From positions 1-64,000 of IMG/VR virus record IMGVR_UViG_3300036832_000786: 64,000 nucleotides of DNA; one strand, written 5' to 3'. Every line of letters starts with the position of its first letter. Position 1 is the first letter of the stretch. The position numbers were made by a program, and so were the translations under genes. This document shows, piece by piece, positions 19,900-31,225 of the stretch. The notes beneath the pieces were generated by a model that was given only the letters and a program-made list of their open reading frames with translations, did no database searches and had not been told where the DNA came from. The DNA is from a virus.

Positions 19900-20127
19900 C
19901 GGGTATGTTTCCTTTTCTAGCCACAATGGCTCCTACCCTACTACCGCAAAAATCCCGGCAGGGTCAACCCCTGCCGGGAGAGTTAATGGCCAGCGCACGA
20001 TCCGATGAGCGCCAGGACGAGGAACAGGACGATGAGGCACCCGCAACCGTCACTAATGGCGCGCCCACTGCCCATGATCGCGTGGGCAATGAGCACGCCA
20101 AGGATGACGATCAGTAACAGGTGCATG

Positions 20128-20595
20128 CTACTGCGGCTGGATGATACCGTCGAGCATTGGCCCAACGGCATCGTCCATCCGTGTCATGGGTTCCAGAGCG
20201 ATCACCCGGTTGTTCATACCGGGTGACAGATCACGGACCATGTGTAGCAGGACCGCTTTGCTGGTGGTGGTGTCACTCCCGGAGATGTTGACGATCTCGA
20301 TACGATCGGGAGCCTCACTCGGTCGTGGACCGTCTGTACCGACCAGCCGTGTCACCGTCCACCCCTCGCTGACAAAGCAGAAGGCGCGGCACTTCATCTC
20401 GCGTGCCTTTTGCTTCACTGCCGCGAACGCCATCTGTTTTTGCAGATCGTTTTCCCACGGACAGCCGATGACGAGTGACGAACCGTCCGCACCGATCAGG
20501 TGGTAGGTCGGCATAAGAAACTTGTGCCGTTCCTCCAACAGTATCTTGCGGGCGAACTCCTCACCGAGTTGCAGAAGAGTGTCGAGTTCGGCCAT
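20128..20595 (-). CDS. Hypothetical protein
   Basis: FVSEGW...PSEAPDRIE motif; packed operon. Confidence 0.55.
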   Translation of the reverse strand: MAELDTLLQLGEEFARKILLEERHKFLMPTYHLIGADGSSLVIGCPWENDLQKQMAFAAVKQKAREMKCRAFCFVSEGWTVTRLVGTDGPRPSEAPDRIEIVNISGSDTTTSKAVLLHMVRDLSPGMNNRVIALEPMTRMDDAVGPMLDGIIQPQ

Positions 20596-20598
20596 TGG

Positions 20599-20868
20599 TC
20601 ACCTCTCAGCCTGGGCGAGGATGCCCTGCGCGATTTGCTCCAGTTCCTCCATCACCACTTCGATCGCGGCGACACGGACGCGGTGTTGCTCGCGCGCCAC
20701 CGGCCCGGCGTCAGGACTGATGACGTAGTAGTCACGATCGTGTGGCGTGGCATCCGCCATCATGTTGAGCGCGCCACGCAGTGCCCCACGCGCCTGGGCG
20801 ATTTGCTTCAACAGTGCCGCTGCGCTGGTACCGTTGAGGTGCACGCGCGGGATCATTAGCTCAGTCAT
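20599..20868 (-). CDS. Hypothetical protein
   Basis: PRVHLNGTS..L, PHDRDYY; RBS GAGGAGG. Confidence 0.55.
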   Translation of the reverse strand: MTELMIPRVHLNGTSAAALLKQIAQARGALRGALNMMADATPHDRDYYVISPDAGPVAREQHRVRVAAIEVVMEELEQIAQGILAQAER

Positions 20869-20878
20869 GTTACCCTCC

Positions 20879-21145
20879 TCATTTTGCGAGTTTTACGACG
20901 ACGACAGCGATTGCTGCGGCGACCGCTGTTGTAAGTACTGTGTTGGTAGTCACCGCAATGATTAATTGCAGCCAGGGGAACCACCATCGTTCGCGGTCAA
21001 GCTTGCGTTCCTCAGTGTAAAATTTGAGCGCCTCGGCGCGCAACTTTGACTCTTCGGCGGCAAGTTTGTGAGACTCGGCCAACGCCTGATCGATACGAGC
21101 GACCTGTTCCCTGATGTAGAGTTCTTCGTGCGGATTATCCGCCAT
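20879..21145 (-). CDS. Coiled-coil + C-terminal TM protein
   Basis: Heptad-like region followed by a hydrophobic tail; cassette leader upstream. Confidence 0.55.
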   Translation of the reverse strand: MADNPHEELYIREQVARIDQALAESHKLAAEESKLRAEALKFYTEERKLDRERWWFPWLQLIIAVTTNTVLTTAVAAAIAVVVVKLAK

Positions 21146-21234
21146 GCGTTCTCCTCTCCGTGACCCCTAGTTGGTCACGCAAAAAGAAACCCCCGGCATC
21201 GCTGCCGGGGGTTACCTCTACCACAGTCACGCAG

Positions 21235-21618
21235 TTACATCGAGTCGGCTTCCTGCGGGGCGTTTTCCAAAGCCTCAACATGTTCGAATTCCGGCGCGTC
21301 CGGTATTTCGGGAACCTCGACCTCGTCCAGTTCCAGCCCTTCCCATTCATCGATCCACGACTGGTACTGTTGACCGGCGTCACCCTCCTGCCACTTGTCG
21401 GAACGCTCGCCCTGGTAGTCAGTCATCTCGTTGACGATACCGTCACGCCATTCGATGACATTGGTAAGGGCACCGTTGTACTCACCAATGGCTTCGGCGA
21501 GTTCACCATGTGCCAGTTCAAACCTTTCCCAGGCTGCCTCGATCTCGATCTTCTTGTCAGCGAGCATGGCGATGTGGGCGCTAAGCTCGTTCTGTTGTGT
21601 CTTGTTTAACCGCTTCAT
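21235..21618 (-). CDS. Acidic hypothetical protein
   Basis: RSDKWQEGDAGQQYQSWIDEWE; cassette leader RBS. Confidence 0.6.
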   Translation of the reverse strand: MKRLNKTQQNELSAHIAMLADKKIEIEAAWERFELAHGELAEAIGEYNGALTNVIEWRDGIVNEMTDYQGERSDKWQEGDAGQQYQSWIDEWEGLELDEVEVPEIPDAPEFEHVEALENAPQEADSM

Positions 21619-22460
21619 CGTTACTCCTTCCAGTGACCCTAGTGTCACACACAAAGTAACCCGGTCACCGAAGTGACCGGGTTACTTTTAGCATACCGGG
21701 GGTAGCGGCGCTAGGGCGTTTTGTTCCCAGCGCACGATGTTACGGAACTTCGTCGTGACCATGATCGCGGTAGTACCGTCACGCGGTAATTTGCGTTCGC
21801 AGAGCCTTCCGTGCGCGAAGTAGCGGACAAAAACATGCGGCCGATCGGTCCACGCCTTGTGGATGCGATATTCACCGTCGTGCCAGTTGATGATGCCGTC
21901 ATCGCGCCACCCTTCATTGATCATTCTCTGGTGTTGGTTCACTGCCTCCTCCTCGCTTGATCACCTCGGTGGTGATGTCGAATTTCGACAGCCGTACCCG
22001 TTTCATGTCGGGGTAAACGGTCCACGCCAGATTTAGGTACACCATCGCCTCCTCCCGGCTGTTGAACGTGCGTTCCGCAGCCGGGATGTTTTTGTCGGTC
22101 AGTCGCCATTTAGTGATCATGCCTCCTCCCAATGAATCGAGCGGTACCGACCCGGTTACCGTTGATGTCAAAGATCGGCCACGGTGGCGGTTCGTGCTCG
22201 ATTTGATCGGCCAGTTTGCGCAGCAAGCTCGCAACCTCGGCTTCCGGTATCGGCTCAAAGGCCGAGTTGTCACAGTCGATTTCAAGCGTGAATTTCATCG
22301 TCGTCCTCCTAGTGGAACATACCATTGAACAGGTACAAGGCGATGGCCAAAGGTATCGCCATGAATATAAGGTTCGTCGCGGTCATTTTGTCCTCTCGGT
22401 ATCCAGCGGATTGCTGACACCAAAAGGAAACCCCGCCAGTTGCCCGGCGGGGTTTGAGTG

Positions 22461-22865
22461 TTAGCGCCATTCCCGATGAACGCTTTCCTCTTCGCATACC
22501 CATTTATTGTGCGGGATCGCGGGTTCGGCGTGACAGTGATTTTCGACCCAGATTCCGGCTGAACTGTTACCGTCACCTCCCATGTGTCGATAGTCGCCGA
22601 TGATCAAATCCATCGCCGCGTCGTAACGCTCTTCCGGTACCTTACAGGTGTGGATAACATCGTCGGTTTGCTGCGGTTTGTGGTTCCAGAAGTGGATACA
22701 TTCCCATTCTTTGTAGACAAGTCCCTGGTAGAGTTCTACCGGTGCCTTCTGGCCGGGCGCGTCCAATGCGCACAACTGTCCGGGATTAGCTACGCTGCAC
22801 ATTACAGCATGGGCGGGGGACAGCGTCATCAGGGTGAGCGCGATCCCGGTAATGAGTGACTTCAT
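22461..22865 (-). CDS. Secreted Cys-containing hypothetical protein
   Basis: Signal peptide MKSLITGIALTLMTLSPAHA. Confidence 0.55.
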   Translation of the reverse strand: MKSLITGIALTLMTLSPAHAVMCSVANPGQLCALDAPGQKAPVELYQGLVYKEWECIHFWNHKPQQTDDVIHTCKVPEERYDAAMDLIIGDYRHMGGDGNSSAGIWVENHCHAEPAIPHNKWVCEEESVHREWR

Positions 22866-23725
22866 CGTTGCTCCTTTCAGTGACCCTAGCGTCACACCAA
22901 AAGGAAACCCCCGGCGTCACTGCCGGGGGTTTTGGGTAGTGGGTTTGTTACACCTCCTTCTGAAGCTTAAACAGCCGCGCGGCATCCTGTGGCCGCAGCC
23001 CGACACAGTGGTCGAGCGGGATGTCATTACGGTGGATTGTGTGATCCTCGTAAATGGTGACACCCTCCATGACCCGTCCTTTGGGGGTCACCCGGTTTAT
23101 CTGGCACGGCAGATCGAACCGCTCGTTCGATCGGCGTACCCGAAGGTTGGGTGACTCACTGGCAGCGGCAATCAGCCGCTTCACTGTCCATACTTTCATG
23201 ACCGTACTCTTTCCAGTTTCTCGGTTTTCAGGTTGAGCTTGGCGGGTCTGGTTCTGAACTCACCCACCTGTACATACACCGGGTACAACCGGTTACCGTG
23301 GTCATCGACTTCGTAGAACCACTGGATGATGTCATCCACAAGGTTCCCCCATTCCGCCCAGACGTGGACCCAAGGTTCACCTTCGGGTTTGTAAGTGAGC
23401 CGACAATACTGTTGTCCGTTTTCCAGATACCGTTTCACGGTACCTCCTTCCTGTGACGCTAGCTCGTCACACACTAACACAAAACCCGGCGAGCCGAAGC
23501 CCGCCGGGTTAGTGCTACTTGAACATGTGTAAAGCGGCCAGGACACTGATCGCGACGCCGATGACACTCGCCATACCGAAGACCACGACGATGATGCCGG
23601 TGAACATGGTCATGAGTGACGGTTTACTGTCGATCTTGGCTTCGAGGCGAATGATGTCGATGTGTAACTCAGTACGCATCGACATCAGATCGTTGTGTAG
23701 TGTGTCTAGTGTTACCTCGGCCATG

Positions 23726-24202
23726 TCACTCCTCCATCTTCCGCTGACACTCTGGTCCGATGCCAATTTCGACACTCGACGGGACCGTTAAAGTTCTGCC
23801 ACACCGGCCACATTTTCCAGCATGACGGACCACCATATCGGTCGGGAGGTGACCGCGCTCGACATGGTTCCAGAAGTAGACAAAGCCTTTGACGCAGGGT
23901 GCATCGGCCTTGAACTTCGCCTTGGCGGTCTGCCGGAACAGGCAGCCGTTTAGCCGGGTTTCGATCAGCCCGATGTAGTTGTAGTCACTGTCGTTGTCGG
24001 GACCGCTCAGGACACCGACAAACCAGCGGTTTGCCGGTTCACCGTTGTCGTCCTTGGCGCGTGCCACTTTGTAGGTGAAGTGTTTCCCGGTGCGGCGCGA
24101 CTCGAGAGTGATCGTCGCGTTACCGGCAGTGGTGTACGAGGCAGCGTCAGCGGCATCGGTGAAACCGTTGACGTTGACCAAGCCGTTGTCATCGTGTGTC
24201 AT
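23726..24202 (-). CDS. DUF6011-like Zn-binding protein
   Basis: C-terminal CGRCGRTLTVPSSVEIGIGPEC. Confidence 0.7.
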   Translation of the reverse strand: MTHDDNGLVNVNGFTDAADAASYTTAGNATITLESRRTGKHFTYKVARAKDDNGEPANRWFVGVLSGPDNDSDYNYIGLIETRLNGCLFRQTAKAKFKADAPCVKGFVYFWNHVERGHLPTDMVVRHAGKCGRCGRTLTVPSSVEIGIGPECQRKMEE

Positions 24203-25033
24203 CGTTAAGGTTCCTTCCTAGAATAAGGATCACACATAAAGAAAACCCCCGGCTCTTGCAAGCCGGGGGTTCCTTTTAAGCCTTCAGGATGACAAAATCC
24301 TCCAGGCGGTTGTAGCGGATGCGGACATGCTGGCCGGTCCAGTCACCTTTGCTGGTGTACTTGCCGTCCCAGCGGTTACCGATGTCGGCGATGAGGAAGT
24401 CCTTATTGGCGTTCCAGTCCTTTTTGACCGCTTCCTCGTCTTTGTAGTCACGCCCGTAGGCGGGAACCAAGTTCACGGCGTATGTGGGCATTGTTACCTC
24501 CTACTCGTTGATGATGGTGAGCTTCAGATCAAGGTGAGCCTTGGACTGTGACTCGAAGCGCATCAGCTTCCAGTCGCGTTGTCCCTGCACCACCTGGACA
24601 ACCTCGAACACCACCTCGCCGTGGGTCTTCTCGTTGCGGATAGTGACCAACGTGTTGAAGGTGTGACCGTGACGTTGCCACAGGTTACTGAAGTACCCGA
24701 CAAACGTCTTAGTCTTGGCATCGTAGGTGAACAGGGTGGCCGGGATCACCTCGTTGTGAAGTGCTTTTCTACCGGACATGTGTACCTCCTAAAGTTTCAT
24801 CATCAGCCGCTGCGCAGCAAACAGTGCCTGTTGCGCCTCGATCAGCTTGGTGACAATCTCGTCCGGCAGTTCGAGCGGCTGCATCGATGCCTTGGCGCGG
24901 ACGATCAACTTGCTGATCGTTTCGCCAGCATCGAACATCGTGCCGTAGGCAGCTTTTTGTAACTCGTTCATGTGTACCTCCTAGCAGGTTACACATAAAG
25001 AAACCCCGCCGGTCACCCGGCGGGGGTTGGTGT

Positions 25034-25429
25034 CTAATCATTGAAGTCCCACGGGAGCGCGCTCCACGCTTCCGAGTGCTGAACCACGCCGCCGAGTTTC
25101 TTGGCCCACTGTTCGGTCAGAGCTTCGCTGATCGCGTCCAGTTCCTGGTACAGCGGCTTATCGGGTACGTTGCCCTCGCTGCACTGGTAGATCAGGCACT
25201 CCAGCGCCTTGAACTGCGCGAGCGTGGTGTCGTCCTGGTGCTCGCGGTGCTTGTAGGTGAACCGCTTCGGCTTGTCACCGTAGCGTTGCCGTAACGCTTC
25301 CATGTTGAGCCGGTATAGCCGGGCACCAAACTTGTCGGCGTTGTCACCTTCGATCGCTTGGTTGCGGAAGGCAAACACTAGACTGACGACACGATCGATC
25401 GTCCCGTCGCTGACTAAAAATGCTGACAT
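25034..25429 (-). CDS. Hypothetical protein
   Basis: MSAFLVS, LNMEALRQRYGD, KALECLIYQCSE; cassette RBS. Confidence 0.6.
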   Translation of the reverse strand: MSAFLVSDGTIDRVVSLVFAFRNQAIEGDNADKFGARLYRLNMEALRQRYGDKPKRFTYKHREHQDDTTLAQFKALECLIYQCSEGNVPDKPLYQELDAISEALTEQWAKKLGGVVQHSEAWSALPWDFND

Positions 25430-26272
25430 CGTTACCTCCGTTAGTGACGCTAGATCGTCACATGTAAAGAAACCCCCACCGGTCACCCGGTGGGGGTCAG
25501 TGTTACCGAAGCTTGGCTACCAGTTCCTCGCCCAACTCGGCGGTGACATCATCCTCGCCACCGTTGATGCAGCGGGTGATGTAGTGCCAGACGTGCGGGT
25601 CGGTGATTTCCAACTCGGTGTCTTTGGCATCCATCTTACCGGTGCGCCGGACAATGAGGCTCGCGGTCGGCTTCTTTTGCCGCTCTCCGGTCGCAAAGTC
25701 GCGGCCCGCGACCAGCGGATGACGCGACCACCCGAAGCCGTTGTGCTTGTCCGGTTCCCAGTCCGGCGGGAACATCTCACCCACGTTCAACAGGTGTATC
25801 TCGTAGGTCAGGTCAGGTGTCTTGATTGTCAGTACCTTCATCGTGATTCTCCATCGGGTCATCGTGTTTCTGTCTGGCAGCGTCGAGTGGACTCGGCTTC
25901 TTGAGGGAGCGGAACGGCGTCACTGTTGCCGGTGAACCGGCGGCGAGTGTTAGTCGCCTTATTGAGGTAGCAGGTTCGACGTTTCGTTGCTGTCACTTAA
26001 AGCAAAACCCCCGGTCATGAATGACCGGGGGAAGTGTTACCAGCCGAAACCGTTCGCCTTACCGACATCCTCCACCCACGCCTTGATGATGGTGGCGTTC
26101 TGAGCGATGTTGCGGAGCGTCAGTTCCAGGTTATGCGGCGATAGGCTGTTGATCGCATTCAGGTCTTGCAGCGAGACAACCTCGCTGGCGATCTTGAGCG
26201 CAGCTCGCAGCGCGGATGCCGTGCTCTTCAAGTCTTGCGGCTTCGGGTTTGGACTCAACTTCGGCATAGTGA

Positions 26273-26611
26273 CTACTCCTTTTTCTGGTCAGGGGTCTTG
26301 CGGGCGGCGACCCGCACGCTGGCCTTGCGCACCGATTCCTTGGAGTGCTCGGCGACCCAGTCGTCACCCATCTCGGTTTTGATGAGATCGGCATCGAGTG
26401 ATGTTACCGCGCACTCCGCGACGATCGTCGCGGTGTACAGGTGACCGTCGATGTACTTCCGGTTCCCGGCCCTCGCCAGCAACTCGGCGACCGCTGCCTT
26501 CTTCTGTTTCTCGAAGTCGGCGACAACAGCGGCGAGTGAGCCGATCTTGTCAACCAGAGCGGCGGTGTCGATGCTGCCGATGTTGGCAGGTTTCTTCGTC
26601 TTGGCTTTCAT
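26273..26611 (-). CDS. Hypothetical protein
   Basis: Cassette leader and RBS upstream. Confidence 0.55.
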   Translation of the reverse strand: MKAKTKKPANIGSIDTAALVDKIGSLAAVVADFEKQKKAAVAELLARAGNRKYIDGHLYTATIVAECAVTSLDADLIKTEMGDDWVAEHSKESVRKASVRVAARKTPDQKKE

Positions 26612-28866
26612 CGTTACTCCTTCGTGGTCCCTAGTGACCCACTAAAAGAAAACCCCCGACACCGAAGTGCCGGGGGTTGTGGCTAGATCGCCTCAAGGTG
26701 ACCATCGACCCAACGGTAGTTCGGCGGGTCGTCACTCTCGACAACGCGCTTGTCGCGCACCGCGAACCAGCGCAGCATCAGAGCGCAGACATTGGCCTCG
26801 GCTTCCTCGCGGGTGGCGAAGCGGAGTTGGTTGCCAACCCATTTACCGGAACTGTCGGCGATCACTTCGGGTTTAAAGCTCATTGTCAGCCCTCCTTGAT
26901 AAGGCCCAGCTTGCGCGCGGCCCGCTCGATGATGTCAGCGGACAGCGTGATCCGGTGTTCGACATAGGCACCGTGGGTGCCGCTGTAGCGGTGACCCGTA
27001 ACGCGAACCCGCGCCCCCGGCTCACCGACATCGAGTGCCTCGATGTTAGTGATGTTGGCGTTGTTTAGGATGTCTTTCCAGGCACCCGTTTTCGGGTCGT
27101 GGCGTGAAACTTTCCAATGCATCGTTACTCTCCCCTAGATGAGAGGTTCTTGGGAACCCGGTGACCAACCACTGGCCAGCGACTTCACACACAGAGAAAA
27201 CCCCGGCACCTTTCGATGCCGGGGTTTCTCTCGCCGCGAAGGAGGAGATTGTACCTCCGCGAGATGTCGGTGTTGTTCCCTCAACGCCGAAAAAGGCCGA
27301 CACTTGCCGACTTGTCGGACGCGATTGCCGGGAGTGATGCACAGCTTGGACCGGCTGCCTCGCGCGGGCTAGTTGTACTCCAGCCCGGCATCGATCATAC
27401 CAGACACCAGCCCCTCGGCATAGCGGTGCTCGACAAACAGGCTGCCGCCCATCCACTGCCAGCCTTCGGACACGACGTTTTCATCGATCCATTCGCGGGC
27501 GGTGTCGGTCAGCGGCGTGATCGCGACCAGCGTGCCGTGATCAGTGACAGAGAAATCGTACAACATGCTACACCTCCTTTCGGTTAGCGTGGTTTTGGGC
27601 GCAATGCTTGCACTCAGACTGAGTGTCAATCATCGCGCCGATCTTGACCCGGCTGCGGGCGTGGCCCGGCTCCGGGTAGTGGTACAGCGTGTACCACTGC
27701 GGTGTTTCGGAGTGGTTGTACGCAGGCTCAATGCTGTAGTGACCGCAGTGAGTCTCCGTGGAACCCTCTTCCGACCGCTTCCATTTCAGTTCGTTCATCG
27801 TTACCTCCGTGACGCTAGATCGTCACTATAAGAAAAACCCGGTCACTTGCGTGACCGGGCTGGTATGAGGTGGACACCCTTCGCGGCGTACCGCTCGATT
27901 AGCCGAAGGAATGCCTCGGCTGAACGCTCGGTGTCGGAACTCCACCGGGCGTGGGTGATGATCCGGTCGTAGGCTTCGCGCACCGCGCGGTCCACGATGT
28001 AACCGGATTCATCGGTGATTTTGATAGGGTCAGACATCGTTACCTCCGTACAAAGGCGACACCGTTGTGCGCCAGGGTGATTGCCGTCTGTACCTGCGCC
28101 TCGCTCGGCACCACGACCGGGTAGAACCGCCCGGCAGGCGTGCTGGCGATCAGGTACCAGAGGTGCTCGTCAGTGCCGCCCAGGTTTTCCACCGTCTTGT
28201 GGAGCGCCTTTTCGGCGTTCGCGTAGGTGGCGTAGGTGCGCGACAGGTCGTCACCGAAAACTTTGTGTAACATCGTTTGTCTCCTTGTGACGCTAGCTCG
28301 TCACACCTTTAGAAACGACAAACGCCCCGCAACCGGTGAAGGTCGGGGGGCGCTTGGGTATTCTCTAGGTTCTATTTTTCCGCTGACTGCATCCGTGCCC
28401 CGTCGCCGCGCGCGAGTGGACTGCGCGTGGTCTATCATCTGTGTCACCGGTACTGGGGGCCGCACGCCGGGTTCCTTTTTGGGGTCCAGCGCACCCTTAC
28501 GACAGGTGCGGACATGGTGCAAGCGCGGCGTTGGCCGGGTGGCGCGCGGGAACCTTTCGGAACCGGGCCGGTGGCCTAGCCGCTTGCGGAGCCGTCGCAC
28601 TGTGCGGCGGGGGATTTGCGAACCGAAGGCTTTTTTCGGGAGGTTGTCTTCCGAACCCTGACGGGGGCCTTTCTCGGTACCCTCCCCGGAGGCTCCCTCC
28701 CTGATCCTCCGGGAGGGACCACCCTCTGGGGTCCACCATATAGATGGGCATCCAGAGTCACTTTTTCAAGGGGGGAGTGACTTTTATGTTTCGTGACTTT
28801 TCAAGTGGTTAGGGGGGTTTGAGCGTTTTTTCTCCGTTGGGTTCCCGGATACAGTTACTTCAGTGT

Positions 28867-29607
28867 TCAAAGTACAGAGTCACTTTCTTTTAAAGTAACA
28901 TTTTCTATGCATACCGTTTTGACCGGTACTCTAATAACCCCCAGTTTTCTGCCAATGATCTGGGTTTCTATATTGGTTTCGGCGGTGAATTCGGCAAAGG
29001 CTTGTAGTGCTCCGTCCCATTCCTCGACCCGCCAACAATCATCGACCACTAGGGTACCGCCGGGGGCCATTGCCCGGTAAATCTTTGGCAAGGCGTTTTT
29101 GACCGGTAGATACAAGTCGACATCCAGCAGGCAAAAGGCGATCGGGGCGAGTGCGGTAAAATCAAACACGTTGGCATCGCCTTGGATCGACCGTACCCGG
29201 TGGATATTGTTGTGGATCATGGTTTTGTCGAACCATGTTTGCCGGTTGTCATCAAAGGAGGAGAACAACTTGCGCACCACCTTTGGTGACTTTTGACGTT
29301 GTTCCTTTTCGTAGTCAATATCGTTTGCGGTAAAGCCTGAAAAGGTGTCAATCGCATAATAGTTACGATTGATCCCCAGGTCATCCATGTACTTGTTGAG
29401 AAAGACGGTGGTTGATCCGTAGGCACAACCAACTTCGACAATCGAGCCGGGGGTTCTTCGGACCTTTGCGACGCACTCGGCGAGGAACATAAGTTCTATG
29501 GGAGAGAACATGTAACTGTAGACGTTACAGAAGGAGTGGTAGAGCGGGGTGTTAAAGGCGATTTGCTTGAGGAGGGTACGAATGGTGGATTTTACGGCTG
29601 GGTACAT
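28867..29607 (-). CDS. TylF/MycF-like O-methyltransferase
   Basis: PGSIVEVGCAYGST, IDTFSGF, LLDVDLY, PGGTLVVDD. Confidence 0.8.
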   Translation of the reverse strand: MYPAVKSTIRTLLKQIAFNTPLYHSFCNVYSYMFSPIELMFLAECVAKVRRTPGSIVEVGCAYGSTTVFLNKYMDDLGINRNYYAIDTFSGFTANDIDYEKEQRQKSPKVVRKLFSSFDDNRQTWFDKTMIHNNIHRVRSIQGDANVFDFTALAPIAFCLLDVDLYLPVKNALPKIYRAMAPGGTLVVDDCWRVEEWDGALQAFAEFTAETNIETQIIGRKLGVIRVPVKTVCIENVTLKESDSVL

Positions 29608-29635
29608 TTAGACTCCTCTGTTGGCATGGAGTGGA

Positions 29636-31225
29636 TCACCTCCCGTTCTTGTTTTTTGATAAGTTCAGTGTCTTTTGTGGGTCATCGACCAGGGCTTTCC
29701 ACAGGTCGCCGCCTGATTTATGAAAGTTCAGGATCAATTCGTCAACCGAGTCCTTGATCACAAGGTCGTAAACAAAGCAGCGGTTTTTCTGCCCGGTGCG
29801 GTGGATGCGCCCCTCCGCTTCGGCGCGCGGGATCACACCGACCGGCGATTCGTAAAAGATGGCGTAGCTCCCGACTTGCAGGTTCAGACCCATCGCCGCC
29901 TTTTTCCAGTTGGCCACCAGGAACCGGTAACTCTTATCGCGGTTGAAGGAGTCTTTGATCGATGTCCAATCCTTGGTGCCGCCCCAGAGCCACCCATGTT
30001 TCAGTTTTGCCGTTTTCAAAGCGTCACTAATCCGCTGGCCAGAGTGGTTGAACTCATAAAAGATGACACACTTGCGATCCTCCGGTACCTCGCGCACAAT
30101 GTCCATCAGGAGTTCCAGCTTCGGGTTCACCGCGAACTCCACCTGGGCACGGTCACCGGTATCGTCATCGATAAAGCCGACAAACCCGGAACTTATCTGC
30201 CGCATCCGCAGGAATGCGTTCTGTATCTCCCGGTAGTTACCTTTACCGGCGAACAGGGCGTCACGCGCTTTGATAAAATACTCCCAGTTCTCGATCGGGA
30301 ACTCGGTGCTCTTGACCACCGGCACCTTGGGCGGCAGTTCGACACATTCCTCGACGCTGTACCGTAGTGACGACGCGGCGATAAACCGGGCGAGGGTCGG
30401 TTGCAGTTTCTTGCGTAGGGTGTACTCGGTGCCACCCCACTTGGGGAAGAACTTGCTGTAGAACGCCTCACGGAACATGTAAAGGTTGTCACCAAGTGCG
30501 TGCCCGTGGTCACAAAGGTACAACTGTGCCCAGATCAGCGCCGGGTCGCGGCCAAAGGCACGTCCGGCCAGCCCGAACCGAATCTTGGCGTTCATCGATA
30601 GGTACCGGCACACCTTGTAACTGAGAGAACCGGTATTCCCCACGGAGGTGGATTGATCCATAAACAAGGCGTCCACCTGGAACCCGACCTTGGCGAGCAT
30701 CTCGGTGACCGGCTGCCGCTTGCGGTGGGTCGGCTTGTCACGGCGCGCCACCATCTTGGACACCATCGCCGAGATACCGGTGTAGGTGCCGATGATCAGC
30801 CCGTCACCGGTCAGCGTGCTCAGCGTCAGCCATTTCTGGGTCGAGGAACCCTTGCGCAGTGACACATAGGGAAATGTGAATCCCCATCTCGCTATTTCGT
30901 CCTCCCAGGATTCCACCAGTTCATCGGTTGGCGCAAAGACGATCCCGCGCCGGATGTACCCATTGGTGAGAAAGTAGTTGAAGAGTTCCAGTGACACCAC
31001 GGTCTTGCCGAGTCCCAGGTCGGTCATCAACAACAGTTCCGGGTAGGCGACACCGAGAAGAAAGCATATCTTCTGATCGGTGCGCAGCGGCGCGTGGAAC
31101 TCCGGTACCGGATCGATCAGCGCAAGGTCTTTGGCCACCGCCTTTGGTGACAGGGTCTTGATCCAGGCGAGTTCCTCGACTTCGCGTTCGAGGTAGGCGC
31201 TAATCGCTTTTGGGGATATCGGCAT
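29636..31225 (-). CDS. SNF2-like SF2 helicase
   Basis: DLGLGKT, LRMRQISSGF, NPKLELL, GLNLQ, AEGRIHRTGQ; Walker B reads MDQST. Confidence 0.8.
   Translation of the reverse strand: MPISPKAISAYLEREVEELAWIKTLSPKAVAKDLALIDPVPEFHAPLRTDQKICFLLGVAYPELLLMTDLGLGKTVVSLELFNYFLTNGYIRRGIVFAPTDELVESWEDEIARWGFTFPYVSLRKGSSTQKWLTLSTLTGDGLIIGTYTGISAMVSKMVARRDKPTHRKRQPVTEMLAKVGFQVDALFMDQSTSVGNTGSLSYKVCRYLSMNAKIRFGLAGRAFGRDPALIWAQLYLCDHGHALGDNLYMFREAFYSKFFPKWGGTEYTLRKKLQPTLARFIAASSLRYSVEECVELPPKVPVVKSTEFPIENWEYFIKARDALFAGKGNYREIQNAFLRMRQISSGFVGFIDDDTGDRAQVEFAVNPKLELLMDIVREVPEDRKCVIFYEFNHSGQRISDALKTAKLKHGWLWGGTKDWTSIKDSFNRDKSYRFLVANWKKAAMGLNLQVGSYAIFYESPVGVIPRAEAEGRIHRTGQKNRCFVYDLVIKDSVDELILNFHKSGGDLWKALVDDPQKTLNLSKNKNGR

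Larger units (their letters stand above)
21160..28304 (-). promoter_or_regulatory. Repeated cassette leader: terminator + GTGAC..CTAG..GTCAC hairpin + RBS (GGAGGTAACGATG-like)
   Basis: Hairpins at 21160, 21633, 22880, 23453, 25444, 27809, 28287; variants at ~24972, 26624, 27128; most lie a few nt from a U-tract terminator. Confidence 0.75.

Noticed and set aside
18778-19926. Functional IS110 transposase / insertion sequence
   Set aside because: No N-terminal RuvC-like DEDD domain and no element boundaries seen; an adjacent dual-repeat array is present instead
25865-25895. Solitary GACAGAAACA loop-like motif on the minus strand
   Set aside because: No correctly spaced edge repeats on either side; not counted as an array
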